Below, in pieces: positions 19,475 to 29,257 of a stretch of DNA of 64,000 nucleotides. This DNA is from Patescibacteria group bacterium (GTDB lineage Bacteria; Patescibacteriota; Minisyncoccia; Phycocordibacterales; SIBU01). Numbering within the stretch: the stretch's first letter is position 1; the number at the start of each line of letters is the position of its first letter. The translations under genes were made by a program, and so were the position numbers. The stretch is taken from positions 3,360 to 67,359 of the forward strand of contig JAZJZC010000005.1 of assembly GCA_040390045.1 (NCBI GenBank), given 5' to 3'. Under the pieces are notes generated by a model. It saw nothing but the letters and a program-made list of their open reading frames with translations, was not told where the DNA came from and searched no databases.

Positions 19475-20779
19475 ATGCCCCCCGAAAAAATTAAAGAAAA
19501 TGTTTTGAAATATAACTGGGAACACTGGATAGACAGGGATCAAGGTGCCTTTTTTTGTTCTCTTGAAAAAGGCGGTGATAGTAGGTTTTTCATGCAAAAA
19601 GTCGGTGTAGATACTGAGTTGCCCGCATCAGTTTTTCAAAATGGAGCTTGGTATGCGAGTGAAGAAGTATGGGAAATTTTTAGTAAGGAGTTGCATCAGT
19701 GGCTAGACAACAGTGGTGATATTTTTCAGGTGGTAAAAAGCTGTGAAGAATATTTGCAACAGCACAAAAAAACCATTAACCAACTCATTTCGTCAAAGAT
19801 TTCTCCGAAGGATAAGTTGATAAAAATGTATGATATTTTTACGCAGATGTTTAGTTATATATGGCTTGCGCATGGTTTTGAGCAGGTATTTGTGAAAAAA
19901 ATGCGTCTTGAAGTTCCAAGATACATCTCCGGCGATATTGAAAAGATTATTGGCGACATTAGCTTTCCGATAAAGAAAAATGCCCATTATTATTTTGAGC
20001 AGGCTCTTCGGAGTGAGATGCCGCTTGAAAAAGTTCATGAAAAATTTGCTTGGATAAAAGCTCGAGGTGGGTTTGCAGATGGTTTTACCACCAAAGAACT
20101 GACACTCGAAAGAAAAAGATTGGAAAAATTTGAACCTGTGGCTCAATTTGCTTATCCTGTGGTGCCGCCAGAATTAAAAGAACTTGTTTCGATATCCCAA
20201 GAGTTGGTTTATTTTAGAACTTTGCGCACTGATGTTTTGTATGAATTGATGTGGCAAGCCCGACCTGTTCTCACTGAAATCGCTGAGCACTTTGGTTTAA
20301 CATTTGCCGAGTTGCGTGACTACAGCGCACTCGATCTTATGGAAGGTAAAATTCAAAAGTATGAATACGGCAATTTTTCAGTTGCTTCATTTGGAGAAGA
20401 GTTCGCGATATTTCACCAGCCCATTATCCTAGAGAAAAAACAGGTTGCTGTAACAGAGCTAAAAGGCGCTGTTGCTTTTAAGGGTCTTGTGCAAGGAAAG
20501 GTGAAGGTGGTTATGGTGGCACATAATATTGGTAAGGTTAATGAGGGTGATATTTTGGTTGCTCCAACCACAGCTCCTTCATACATCATGGGTATGCAAA
20601 AAGCGGCCGCTTTTGTGACAGATGAGGGTGGAATTACTTCGCATACGGCCATTATCGCTCGTGAAATGAAGAAGCCTTGTATAATTGGCACTAAGATTGC
20701 CACTAAAGTCTTGAAAGACGAGGATTTAGTTGAGGTTGACGCGAACGCTGGTGTGGTGAAATTACTCAAAAAGGCATAA
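19475..20779 (+). CDS. PEP-utilizing-enzyme mobile (phosphohistidine swivel) domain protein with a 330-aa N-terminal domain of unknown function, paralog 1
   Basis: C-terminus AFKGLVQGKVKVV...GDILVAPTTAPSY...DEGGITSHTAIIAREMKKPCIIGT matches the PEP-utilizers His-domain. The N-terminus is related to paralog 2 (NWEHW vs NWENR). Confidence 0.75.
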   Translation: MPPEKIKENVLKYNWEHWIDRDQGAFFCSLEKGGDSRFFMQKVGVDTELPASVFQNGAWYASEEVWEIFSKELHQWLDNSGDIFQVVKSCEEYLQQHKKTINQLISSKISPKDKLIKMYDIFTQMFSYIWLAHGFEQVFVKKMRLEVPRYISGDIEKIIGDISFPIKKNAHYYFEQALRSEMPLEKVHEKFAWIKARGGFADGFTTKELTLERKRLEKFEPVAQFAYPVVPPELKELVSISQELVYFRTLRTDVLYELMWQARPVLTEIAEHFGLTFAELRDYSALDLMEGKIQKYEYGNFSVASFGEEFAIFHQPIILEKKQVAVTELKGAVAFKGLVQGKVKVVMVAHNIGKVNEGDILVAPTTAPSYIMGMQKAAAFVTDEGGITSHTAIIAREMKKPCIIGTKIATKVLKDEDLVEVDANAGVVKLLKKA

Positions 20780-20789
20780 GATAGTGGGG

Positions 20790-21695
20790 ATGAAAAAAAT
20801 AAAAATTGGATACGTTGGTTTGGGGAAAATGGGATTAAACATGGTTTTGCGAATGCAGGAGAAGGGCTACAGCGTTGTGGCGTATAACCGAAGTGAGGCA
20901 CCCAGAATTGAAGCAAAAAAAGCGGGAATTCCTGTCGCTCAGTCATTGCAAGAGTTAGTCTCGAAACTTTCAAAACCACGGACGGTGTGGCTTATGGTTT
21001 CCAATTCGGCTGTTGATGAAGTGCTCACTGAAGTTTCAAAATATTTGGAACGAGGTGATACGGTAATTGATGGCGGTAACTCCTTTTACAAAGATTCGAT
21101 TCGACGAGCGGGTGAACTTAAGAAAAAGGGAATTGAATTTCTTGACGCAGGAGTTTCAGGAGGACCTAAGGGCGCGCGAGAAGGAGCCTGCATTATGGTT
21201 GGCGGAAAAAGAGAAGTGTACGAAAAATACGAAAAGCTTTTCAAGGATTTAGTTTCGCCTAAGGCTTTGGGACTTATGGGCAAAGCTGGCGCGGGGCATT
21301 TTGTAAAAATGGTTCACAATGGCATTGAGTACGGCATGATGCAGGCCATCGCTGAAGGGTTTGCCATTATGAAAAAATCTGATTTTAAATTGGATTTGGA
21401 ACAGGTAGCGGATTTGTATAATCATAAAAGTGTGGTTGAATCGAGACTTATCGGCTGGTTGGCGAGCGGTTTTAAGAAATACGGAACTGATCTCGGAGAG
21501 ATCTCTAGTACCGTGGGACACCTGGGAGAAGGCGAGTGGACGGTTCAAGCTGGCAAGGAACTCGGTATTCCGACACCAGTGATTGAGGCCTCATTTCAAT
21601 TTCGTGTAGCATCTGCAAAAAACCCAAGTTACACTGGCAAGGTGCTTTCGACTTTACGAAATCAATTCGGGGGACACGGCGCAGGCAAAAACTAG
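20790..21695 (+). CDS. gnd: 6-phosphogluconate dehydrogenase, decarboxylating, short form
   Basis: IGYVGLGKMG Rossmann motif and HFVKMVHNGIEYG. Confidence 0.85.
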   Translation: MKKIKIGYVGLGKMGLNMVLRMQEKGYSVVAYNRSEAPRIEAKKAGIPVAQSLQELVSKLSKPRTVWLMVSNSAVDEVLTEVSKYLERGDTVIDGGNSFYKDSIRRAGELKKKGIEFLDAGVSGGPKGAREGACIMVGGKREVYEKYEKLFKDLVSPKALGLMGKAGAGHFVKMVHNGIEYGMMQAIAEGFAIMKKSDFKLDLEQVADLYNHKSVVESRLIGWLASGFKKYGTDLGEISSTVGHLGEGEWTVQAGKELGIPTPVIEASFQFRVASAKNPSYTGKVLSTLRNQFGGHGAGKN

Positions 21696-21819
21696 GAAGT
21701 TTTTGCCTGCGAATTTTCAATTTTACAATTTTCAATTTTCAAATAAATCCCGAAATTATTAAATTCCAGACTGTAAATTTGTACGATATATCGTACAAAT
21801 TGAGTCCAATAAAAAAACT

Positions 21820-22446
21820 ATGAAAATTTTCGACATCTCGGTACCACTCAACGAAAAAACCGTTATCTATCCGGGTAACGTACCGCTCGAGATTTCTATG
21901 CATCACGAAATGCCGGCACACACGACGCATCTTTCGAAGATTGTTATGGGCTCACACACCGGAACGCATGTGGATGCGCCGAGTCACGCAGTGGCGGGTG
22001 CTTCATCACTCGATCAGATCCCACTCGGGGTTTTTGTTGGTCCATGCAAGGTGATTGATTGCACTCAGAGTGTAGGTTCGGTAAAGACTGCTGACCTAGG
22101 TAAGCATTCTATTGTTAAAGGAGATCGAATTTTGATTAAAACCAAAAATTCCGCGCGAGGTTTTGAAAAATTTTACGATGATTACGTCTATCTCGATGGT
22201 GACGCCGCAGAATATCTTTCTCATTTAGAAATCACACTTTTTGGTATCGATTATTTTTCAGTTAAGCAACGAGGAAGTAAAGATCAACGTCCGCACACGG
22301 CATTACTTTCTCACAATATTCCCATTATCGAAGGAATCGATCTCTGCCAAGTGCCCGCTGGCAATTACACACTTGTTTGTCTGCCGCTTAAATTTACCGG
22401 GATTGAGGGTGGTCCAGCGAGAGTGATTCTCGTAGATAATTTGTAA
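21820..22446 (+). CDS. cyclase family protein (kynurenine-formamidase-like)
   Basis: GSHTGTHVDAPSH metal-binding motif of the Cyclase family. Confidence 0.75.
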   Translation: MKIFDISVPLNEKTVIYPGNVPLEISMHHEMPAHTTHLSKIVMGSHTGTHVDAPSHAVAGASSLDQIPLGVFVGPCKVIDCTQSVGSVKTADLGKHSIVKGDRILIKTKNSARGFEKFYDDYVYLDGDAAEYLSHLEITLFGIDYFSVKQRGSKDQRPHTALLSHNIPIIEGIDLCQVPAGNYTLVCLPLKFTGIEGGPARVILVDNL

Positions 22447-22460
22447 ATAAAAGAACATTT

Positions 22461-22496
22461 TTTTGCTCCACTTTAGTTAACTAAAGTGGAGCAAAA
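22461..22496 (+). terminator. hairpin terminator containing copy 2 of the ACTTTAGTTAACTAAAGT palindromic core
   Basis: TTTTGCTCCACTTTAGTT/AACTAAAGTGGAGCAAAA. Confidence 0.6.
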
Positions 22497-22512
22497 TAGT
22501 TCTATTTAAATT

Positions 22513-23895
22513 ATGAGAGTATCAAAAGAAGAAAAAGAAATAGTTGAGAAAATTAAATCTAGAAACTGGGAAAACCGAGTTCAGAGGCCCGGATTTTTTC
22601 AGTCGAAGCAAATTGTGTGTGAGGCACTTGGGCAGAAAACATGGCTTACAAAACATATCGCTGTTTCCGATAAAAATAGTTTTTGGGTTAGGAATTCCGC
22701 GATTTATGACCAAGATTTTACAGATAATTTAAACAAGGTGATTTTTCCGAATGCTTTTAAGGAAGATCCACATTGGCCAATAGAGGTATTTAAAAATATT
22801 GAACAATCTGCTAAGAAAAAAGATGAATTGGTTGGGAAATTTACTGAAACGGATTGGAGTAGGACGAGCACAGATGAAAAGATTTTTTGGTTGAATCGGT
22901 ACGTCGAAATTTTGCTGGAAATTCAAAAATACTATGCTTTTACAGTACCGTTGACAAATTATTGCGAGAAAATTTTAAAGGAGCGTAACCCGTCATTACT
23001 TGAGTATGCGGTACAGTACAAACCGCTTGATGTTGATCGTATGAATGAATCGCTCATCGAAATCAAAAGAGCAAAAAACGAGAATAGTCAAAATTTAGAT
23101 AATCTTTTCTTAAAACATCTAGCGCAGTTTGGGTGGATTAAATCGAATTATAATATTCTTGAGCCGTATACTAAGGAAGATGTTTTGAGTGAAATAAAAC
23201 ATGATATTTATGTCTTTCAACCGAGAGAAGCGCCGGAAAATCCTTACAAACATTTTGTAATTGGACTTCAGGTTGGTATCTACTTGCGTAATCGAGCCAA
23301 AGAATTATCCCAACAAATTTGGTTTGCATATGAAAACTTGGCTAAACAGTTGGCGACGGATGTATCATTGTCACGAGAGGATTTTTTGCAATTAAGCTAT
23401 AGAGAGGTCGAGGCCTCGCTGAACCAAGGCCGACTCACAATTAGCGGGGAAGAAATAGAAAGAAGGCATACAGGATTTATTCTCGGTGTTTTTGAAGGTA
23501 GAGATTTGTTAATAGCAGGAAAACTTGTTGATGAGTTGTTTGATTTTTTTAATCCTAAAAATTTTACGAATGTAAAGGAAATTTCTGGTACCGTTGCTTG
23601 CAAGGGTGTTGTGAGAGGAAAAGTGAAAGTGGTTATGACCATGGCTACAATCAATAAGCTGGAAGAAGGCGATATTTTGGTTACAAGCATGACTACGCCT
23701 GATTTTGTGGTTGCGATGAAAAGAGCGGCTGGGATTGTAACCGATGAGGGTGGACTCTCTTGTCATGCCGCGATAGTTTCGCGGGAACTTAGAAAGCCCT
23801 GTATAATTGGGACAAAGATTGCTACTAGGGTTTTAAAAGATGGGAATCTTGTTGAAGTTGATGCAGTAGTTGGGATTGTTAGATTAATTAAATGA
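22513..23895 (+). CDS. PEP-utilizing-enzyme mobile domain protein, paralog 2
   Basis: C-terminus CKGVVRGKVKVV...GDILVTSMTTPDF...DEGGLSCHAAIVSRELRKPCIIGT. Confidence 0.75.
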   Translation: MRVSKEEKEIVEKIKSRNWENRVQRPGFFQSKQIVCEALGQKTWLTKHIAVSDKNSFWVRNSAIYDQDFTDNLNKVIFPNAFKEDPHWPIEVFKNIEQSAKKKDELVGKFTETDWSRTSTDEKIFWLNRYVEILLEIQKYYAFTVPLTNYCEKILKERNPSLLEYAVQYKPLDVDRMNESLIEIKRAKNENSQNLDNLFLKHLAQFGWIKSNYNILEPYTKEDVLSEIKHDIYVFQPREAPENPYKHFVIGLQVGIYLRNRAKELSQQIWFAYENLAKQLATDVSLSREDFLQLSYREVEASLNQGRLTISGEEIERRHTGFILGVFEGRDLLIAGKLVDELFDFFNPKNFTNVKEISGTVACKGVVRGKVKVVMTMATINKLEEGDILVTSMTTPDFVVAMKRAAGIVTDEGGLSCHAAIVSRELRKPCIIGTKIATRVLKDGNLVEVDAVVGIVRLIK

Positions 23896-23896
23896 T

Positions 23897-24955
23897 ATGG
23901 ATATAGAAAAATTTAAACATGCAGACTGGACGAAAATTTGGGCGGGATCATGGAGTTTTTTGACATGTTTTCATTTTGGCAATGATTACACAAAAGAAAT
24001 TCACTTCGGAAGTCATCCCGTTTTCAGTCAGAGTATTATTTTTGTAAAAGAAGGCAAAAGTAATGGGTGGGCAACTCAAACAGACAGGGACCGTTTAGGT
24101 AATTTTCTTGCAACGGAGGTTAAAAATAATCCCGATAAAGCGTTAGAAGTTTGTTCTGAATTAAAGAAAGAAGTTGATTCGATTATAAATTTTTTGGATA
24201 CAAACGTTGCAGCTCAACCAAGTTTGGAAATTTACAATGATTTTTGGAACCATGTACTTCTGTACTACACACCGCATATTAATGTTAAATATGTTGTTGA
24301 TTATTTGGAACCAGAACTTTTGCAGAAGTTGTTACCACATCTTGAAGAAGCTCGTTTGTATGCCGAACCAGTTTTCAAGAGAACCGAAGATTTTATGATC
24401 TCAACAGCGCAAGCTATTGGTCAAAAAATTAATCTACCATATGAGCTTGTGCTTTGCACGACGAAGTCTGAGATGGACGAATATTTTAAAGGCGGCATTT
24501 TTCCGAAAAGGAACGTTCTTGAAGAGCGAAATAAGGGAGCGGTAATTTTATTTGATGAAACAGACTCGATGGTCATTACTGGTGCTGATGTACAGAAGGT
24601 TGAGGACATTGTTACTAAACAAACTGCAACCAATGTGATTAAGGGAATGGTTGCCTATAAAGGTAAGGTGACTGGCCGCGCTGTGATTATTCTCGATCCA
24701 ACAAAAGCCAATCATTTTGTTGAGGGAGATATTTTAGTGACAGGAATGACGCGACCCGAATATTTATCAATTATGGAAAAGGCAGCAGCCATTGTTACTG
24801 ACGCAGGAGGTATTCTTTCGCATGCCGCCATTTCTGCTCGAGAATTGAAAAAACCTTGTGTCATTGGAACACAGGTTGCGACAAAAGTTTTGAAGGACGG
24901 GGACTTGGTGGAAGTGGATGCTGATAGTGGAATAATTCGGTTATTAAAAGCCTAG
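23897..24955 (+). CDS. PEP-utilizing-enzyme mobile domain protein, paralog 3
   Basis: C-terminus DAGGILSHAAISARELKKPCVIGT. The N-terminus is homologous to paralog 4 (KHADWTKIW vs KHTDWVKVW, and ARLYAEPVF vs ARLYCEPAY). Confidence 0.75.
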   Translation: MDIEKFKHADWTKIWAGSWSFLTCFHFGNDYTKEIHFGSHPVFSQSIIFVKEGKSNGWATQTDRDRLGNFLATEVKNNPDKALEVCSELKKEVDSIINFLDTNVAAQPSLEIYNDFWNHVLLYYTPHINVKYVVDYLEPELLQKLLPHLEEARLYAEPVFKRTEDFMISTAQAIGQKINLPYELVLCTTKSEMDEYFKGGIFPKRNVLEERNKGAVILFDETDSMVITGADVQKVEDIVTKQTATNVIKGMVAYKGKVTGRAVIILDPTKANHFVEGDILVTGMTRPEYLSIMEKAAAIVTDAGGILSHAAISARELKKPCVIGTQVATKVLKDGDLVEVDADSGIIRLLKA

Positions 24956-24971
24956 TTGTTATTTTAGTTTT

Positions 24972-25859
24972 ATGAATATTAACGAAATGCCACCTAAGCA
25001 AGAGAGTCAGGAAATTATTTCCAAGATACAATTACATTTTTTCAGACACGGTGAACAGTTTAAGGATCCAGCAAAATCTGACCCTGAATACGAACTTTCT
25101 GCGGCTGGACGAGAGCAGGGAATGAATAAAGCGAAGTCAATTGAGGAAAGACCGAACCTCCGGCAGACCATGGCTTTTGGGAGCCCGAGAGCACGGTCAC
25201 AACAGACTGCCTCTTTTGCGATGGCTGGCCAGGCGCTCGATAGTGTTGTTGGTGACGAATCGCTGAAAGAACTTAAGGCAAAACTGGATGGAGATATTTC
25301 CTACGGATCTAAGGTAATGAGTGATCCTCGTCTCGATTTTACTATGGATAAGGATACCCCATTTGGAGCAAAAGCATTTGAAGCTTTTTCAAAGAAAGAA
25401 TATATGAAGTTTTTAGTTAATTCAAGTGATGCATTGGCGAAGGAAGTAAAAGACTCGAAAGGGTCAACATACTCAAGACAAGCTGGAGATGTGGCTCAAG
25501 TAGTAAAGAAATATCTTTCAGTCTCTAGCCGATGGAAGGAACTTGTCCAAAGTGGTAAATATCAAGATCCCAAACTCGAGCGATTTTTAGGTTCTCATGG
25601 TGGTGTAACCGAGTCTTTTTTGTTTAAGGTGATTGAAAAAACTAAAGGAATAGAGGAGCGTGACAGACTTCTAGCTCTTATTCCAAACATTTTTGATTTT
25701 ACGGAAGGTTTTGATGTCGAACTTGTAACCACTGACAGAAATAGCGAACCAGCAGTTAGGATTATTTACAAGAAGGAATTGCCTGGCGGCAAAAAGTTTA
25801 AATTTAACGAAGTTGTTCCGATTGAAGTTATTGAGGAAATTGTAAAAGAAGGAAAATAA
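24972..25859 (+). CDS. histidine phosphatase superfamily (phosphoglycerate-mutase-like) protein
   Basis: N-terminal FFRHGE (RHG motif) and the downstream LGSHGG second catalytic His motif. Confidence 0.55.
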   Translation: MNINEMPPKQESQEIISKIQLHFFRHGEQFKDPAKSDPEYELSAAGREQGMNKAKSIEERPNLRQTMAFGSPRARSQQTASFAMAGQALDSVVGDESLKELKAKLDGDISYGSKVMSDPRLDFTMDKDTPFGAKAFEAFSKKEYMKFLVNSSDALAKEVKDSKGSTYSRQAGDVAQVVKKYLSVSSRWKELVQSGKYQDPKLERFLGSHGGVTESFLFKVIEKTKGIEERDRLLALIPNIFDFTEGFDVELVTTDRNSEPAVRIIYKKELPGGKKFKFNEVVPIEVIEEIVKEGK

Positions 25860-25865
25860 AATTTT

Positions 25866-26942
25866 GTGGAACTTTCTGATTTCAAAAAACACACTGATTG
25901 GGTAAAAGTTTGGTCTTCTAGAGGAAGTCTGGCTTTCGATTCTCATTTTGGAGATCAGTGTACAAAGCAAAGTGATATTTCAAGTAAGCCATTTTTTGCT
26001 AAGACGGTGACGTTTTACAAAAATGGCATTTCTCATGGGTGGGTACGTGGTGAAGATAAAGATGATTTAGGTGACAGACTAAGCTCTTTGGCGAGGGAAG
26101 ATAGTACGTTTGTAGAAAAAATATCAAATGGTTTGATTTCTCATACAGACAGGGTAGCTTCTTTTATAGACTCTCAAAGTGTAAAAAATTTTGGACTTGT
26201 CGAATTTAATGAATTTTGGAAGGTAGTCCAAGATTATTTTTTATACCATGTGAGTGTTAAGTATATTGTTGATCGTCTTTCGATTGAAGATCTAGATAAA
26301 TTTTTACCAACACTTGAAAAGGCAAGGTTGTATTGCGAACCCGCATATAGAAATATCGAAAATTATATAGAACTTCTCGCTGAGAGAGTGGTCACGGAAA
26401 CTTCATACACCAAAGAAATGATTTTGGCCCTAACCAAGGAAGAATTCAGATCGTATTTTCAAGGTAATTTATTGCCGGATAAAGCCCAGCTAAAAAATCG
26501 GCATGAAAGTTCTGTACTTATTTTCGATTCCAAAGAGAGTCAGGTTTTTACTGGTATGGCTGTAGATGAAATTGAAAAAATCGTTTCATCTTTTTTGGCA
26601 CCCGATCTTATAAAAGGTCAAGTTGCTTTTGTGGGGAAGGTTATTGGTAAAGTAAAAGTGATCTCTAATCCATTGAAGGACGGGGGAAAGTTTGACGATG
26701 GAGATATCTTAGTAACCGGGATGACTCGACCAGAGTTTTTACCGCTCATGAAAAAAGCTGCAGCGTTTGTAACTGATGCGGGTGGAATCCTTTCTCATGT
26801 TGCTATTACGGCGCGTGAGTTGAAAAAGCCCTGTGTTATTAGTACCCAAGTTGCTAGCAAGGTTTTAAAGGATGGGGATTTAGTAGAGGTAGATGCCAAT
26901 TTAGGGATTGTAAAGATTTTAAAGAGAAACGGAGACAAATAA
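25866..26942 (+). CDS. PEP-utilizing-enzyme mobile domain protein, paralog 4 (GTG start)
   Basis: C-terminus DAGGILSHVAITARELKKPCVIST. Confidence 0.75.
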   Translation: MELSDFKKHTDWVKVWSSRGSLAFDSHFGDQCTKQSDISSKPFFAKTVTFYKNGISHGWVRGEDKDDLGDRLSSLAREDSTFVEKISNGLISHTDRVASFIDSQSVKNFGLVEFNEFWKVVQDYFLYHVSVKYIVDRLSIEDLDKFLPTLEKARLYCEPAYRNIENYIELLAERVVTETSYTKEMILALTKEEFRSYFQGNLLPDKAQLKNRHESSVLIFDSKESQVFTGMAVDEIEKIVSSFLAPDLIKGQVAFVGKVIGKVKVISNPLKDGGKFDDGDILVTGMTRPEFLPLMKKAAAFVTDAGGILSHVAITARELKKPCVISTQVASKVLKDGDLVEVDANLGIVKILKRNGDK

Positions 26943-26965
26943 AATGGCTGTGGTAAGCTGGGGGA

Positions 26966-27361
26966 ATGATTACGCCAATTATTGAGGGAAAAGTCATAAA
27001 AGGCGACGGATATGGCCGGAAGCTGGGGTTTCCGACAGCGAATTTGGATAGGAAACAGTTTTTGAAAGACAAAATGGATTTGCCGCTCGGGGTCTACGCC
27101 GGTGTGGTTTTTTTGCATCATCTCAAAAAAATTCTAAAAACGGCGATTGTGATTGGTCCGCTCGACAAGAAAAAAACTCCGAAAATCGAAGCGCATATTT
27201 TAGGTTTCAAGGGGAAGTTGTATGGAAAAAAGTTGACGCTCTATCCCTATAAATTTCTCAGACCCTTTGAAACTTTTAAAACCGAAAAACTTTTAATTGC
27301 TCAGATTAAAAAAGATGTGAAGCGGGTTGAAAAGGAGGTGGCGGCTCCGCCGTTATTTTAG
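26966..27361 (+). CDS. monofunctional riboflavin kinase (flavokinase domain only)
   Basis: GDGYGRKLGFPTANL motif of the RibF C-terminal domain. At 131 aa there is no FAD-synthetase domain. Confidence 0.75.
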   Translation: MITPIIEGKVIKGDGYGRKLGFPTANLDRKQFLKDKMDLPLGVYAGVVFLHHLKKILKTAIVIGPLDKKKTPKIEAHILGFKGKLYGKKLTLYPYKFLRPFETFKTEKLLIAQIKKDVKRVEKEVAAPPLF

Positions 27362-27441
27362 TCTGCTAAAGTAACGGCGGACGTAGGTTTTTTTTGTTTG
27401 GTATTGTACAATGTTGTGATTATTATATTTAAAATGCATTC

Positions 27442-28371
27442 ATGGATATGAAAGATTTACTAAGAAAATTTGGTCCCTATCTGATTTTTTTTGCCGCTAT
27501 GCTTTGGGCGACCGACGCGCCGTTTCGACTGCATTTGACGAAAGATTTACCAAGCAACCTGATTGTGTTAGGAGAGCACTTTTTTGACATCTTGGTTGCC
27601 ATTCCCTTTATTTTTCTCGGATGGTCTGAAATTAAAAAGTTAACCTGGAAAGGCTGGCTCTCGGTGATTTTTGTCGGAGTCTGTGGATCAGCTTTAGGTT
27701 CTGTCGCGTTTACCGAAGCATTTCATTATGTAAACCCTTCGGTGGCGATTTTACTTCAGAAATTACAGCCGTTTATTGCTATTGGACTTGCTATGCTTTT
27801 GCTTAAGGAAAAATTACCAAAATATTTTTGGCCACTAACATTTTTCGCAGTTTTTGCTGCCTACATTATTTCCTTTTCGGGCTTTGTCCCAAAACTGTAT
27901 CCAGGCGAAGCATTTAACCCTAATTTTGAGGGAGTTAAGCTAGCTCTTTTAGCCGCGATTTTCTGGGCGGCTTCGACTGTCCTCGGCAAATATGCACTGG
28001 AAACAGTTAGCTTCAAAACGATGACCGCTTTGCGTTTCGTCATCGGTTTCGTGTTTTTAATTGGACTCAACATTCACGATGCAACACTTGGCACTATCTC
28101 AAACATTACGACGAAAGATTGGTTTTATATTCTTATCATCGCGGTCACATCAGGAATTGTTTCTTTGTTTTTGTATTACAAGGGTTTGGAAAGTACCAAA
28201 GCTTCTGTGGCTACGGTTGCTGAGCTCGGGTTTCCACTTGCGGCAGTTGCGGTCAATGCTGTGTTTATCAGTATGCCAATCACCTGGGTACAGATAGTCG
28301 GCATGATCGGACTTTTGGCGGCGATTTATCTTTTGACTCGTTCGCAGAGTCAGCCTGAAATAACCTCTTAG
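27442..28371 (+). CDS. EamA/DMT-superfamily transporter
   Basis: About 10 TM helices in two EamA-like halves. Confidence 0.7.
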   Translation: MDMKDLLRKFGPYLIFFAAMLWATDAPFRLHLTKDLPSNLIVLGEHFFDILVAIPFIFLGWSEIKKLTWKGWLSVIFVGVCGSALGSVAFTEAFHYVNPSVAILLQKLQPFIAIGLAMLLLKEKLPKYFWPLTFFAVFAAYIISFSGFVPKLYPGEAFNPNFEGVKLALLAAIFWAASTVLGKYALETVSFKTMTALRFVIGFVFLIGLNIHDATLGTISNITTKDWFYILIIAVTSGIVSLFLYYKGLESTKASVATVAELGFPLAAVAVNAVFISMPITWVQIVGMIGLLAAIYLLTRSQSQPEITS

Positions 28372-28376
28372 AGAAT

Positions 28377-29135
28377 ATGCTCGCTGATTTCCAAAAACCG
28401 ATTCGTTTCGCGTCTATTAATATTGAACACAACCTCCACTACGATAGGATTTTTCCATTTCTAAAAAATTTTCAACCGGACGTTTTTTGTGCTCAAGAAA
28501 TTTTCGAATGTGACATCCATATGTTCGAACAGGAACTTGGCATGAAATGCGTTTTCGCGCCGATGGCCAAGAGACAAATTGCCGATGACAGTCCTCTTGC
28601 ACCACTCACGCTTTCGGGTGTTGCTATTTTTACTCGATTATCTTTGGTCAATTCTTCCATACGCTATTATGTTGGTAGTGCGGACGCGATACCCTTATTT
28701 TACAAAAACCCCGAAGTAGGAACTACCGTCATAAACAAAGTTCTTCTTTCGGTTGAGCTTTCTTGTGATGATGTTTTGTATACCTTTGCTACGACTCATT
28801 TTACGTGGACCAAAAATGGTGAAGCCACCGACGAGCAACGTGTGAATCTTAAGGAGCTTTTTTCGATACTCGATACTATGCCTGACTTTGTTTTGTCAGG
28901 GGATTTTAACGCTCCACGTGGGCGAGAGATTTTTACTTCTATTGCGAATCGATACAGAGATAATATTCCTACGCATTACAGAACAAGTATCGATGGGAAT
29001 CTTCATCGAGCGGGTGATTTACAGCTTATGGTTGACGGACTTTTTAGTACGCCACAATACACAATTTCTGAAGTGAAGCTGACTGAAGGTGTCAGTGATC
29101 ATCAAGCGGTCACGGCGATTATTTCAAAAAAGTAA
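28377..29135 (+). CDS. endonuclease/exonuclease/phosphatase (EEP) family protein
   Basis: SINIEHN, SGDFNAPRG and SDHQAV motifs. Confidence 0.7.
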   Translation: MLADFQKPIRFASINIEHNLHYDRIFPFLKNFQPDVFCAQEIFECDIHMFEQELGMKCVFAPMAKRQIADDSPLAPLTLSGVAIFTRLSLVNSSIRYYVGSADAIPLFYKNPEVGTTVINKVLLSVELSCDDVLYTFATTHFTWTKNGEATDEQRVNLKELFSILDTMPDFVLSGDFNAPRGREIFTSIANRYRDNIPTHYRTSIDGNLHRAGDLQLMVDGLFSTPQYTISEVKLTEGVSDHQAVTAIISKK

Positions 29136-29257
29136 TTTCTAGCTGGATTGAAGTTTTAGAATTGCAAAATTTTTAATCTTTTACAATATTTGCTAAAACA
29201 TTTTGTTTTATGCTAGTGTTATAAGGAGATTATAGGAATTAATTTCTGCAAAAAACC

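Noticed and set aside
26966-27361. Riboflavin kinase as part of the phosphotransfer system.
   Set aside because: It is a self-sufficient ATP-dependent flavokinase domain. Adjacency to paralog 4 is more likely coincidental, although co-transcription cannot be excluded.
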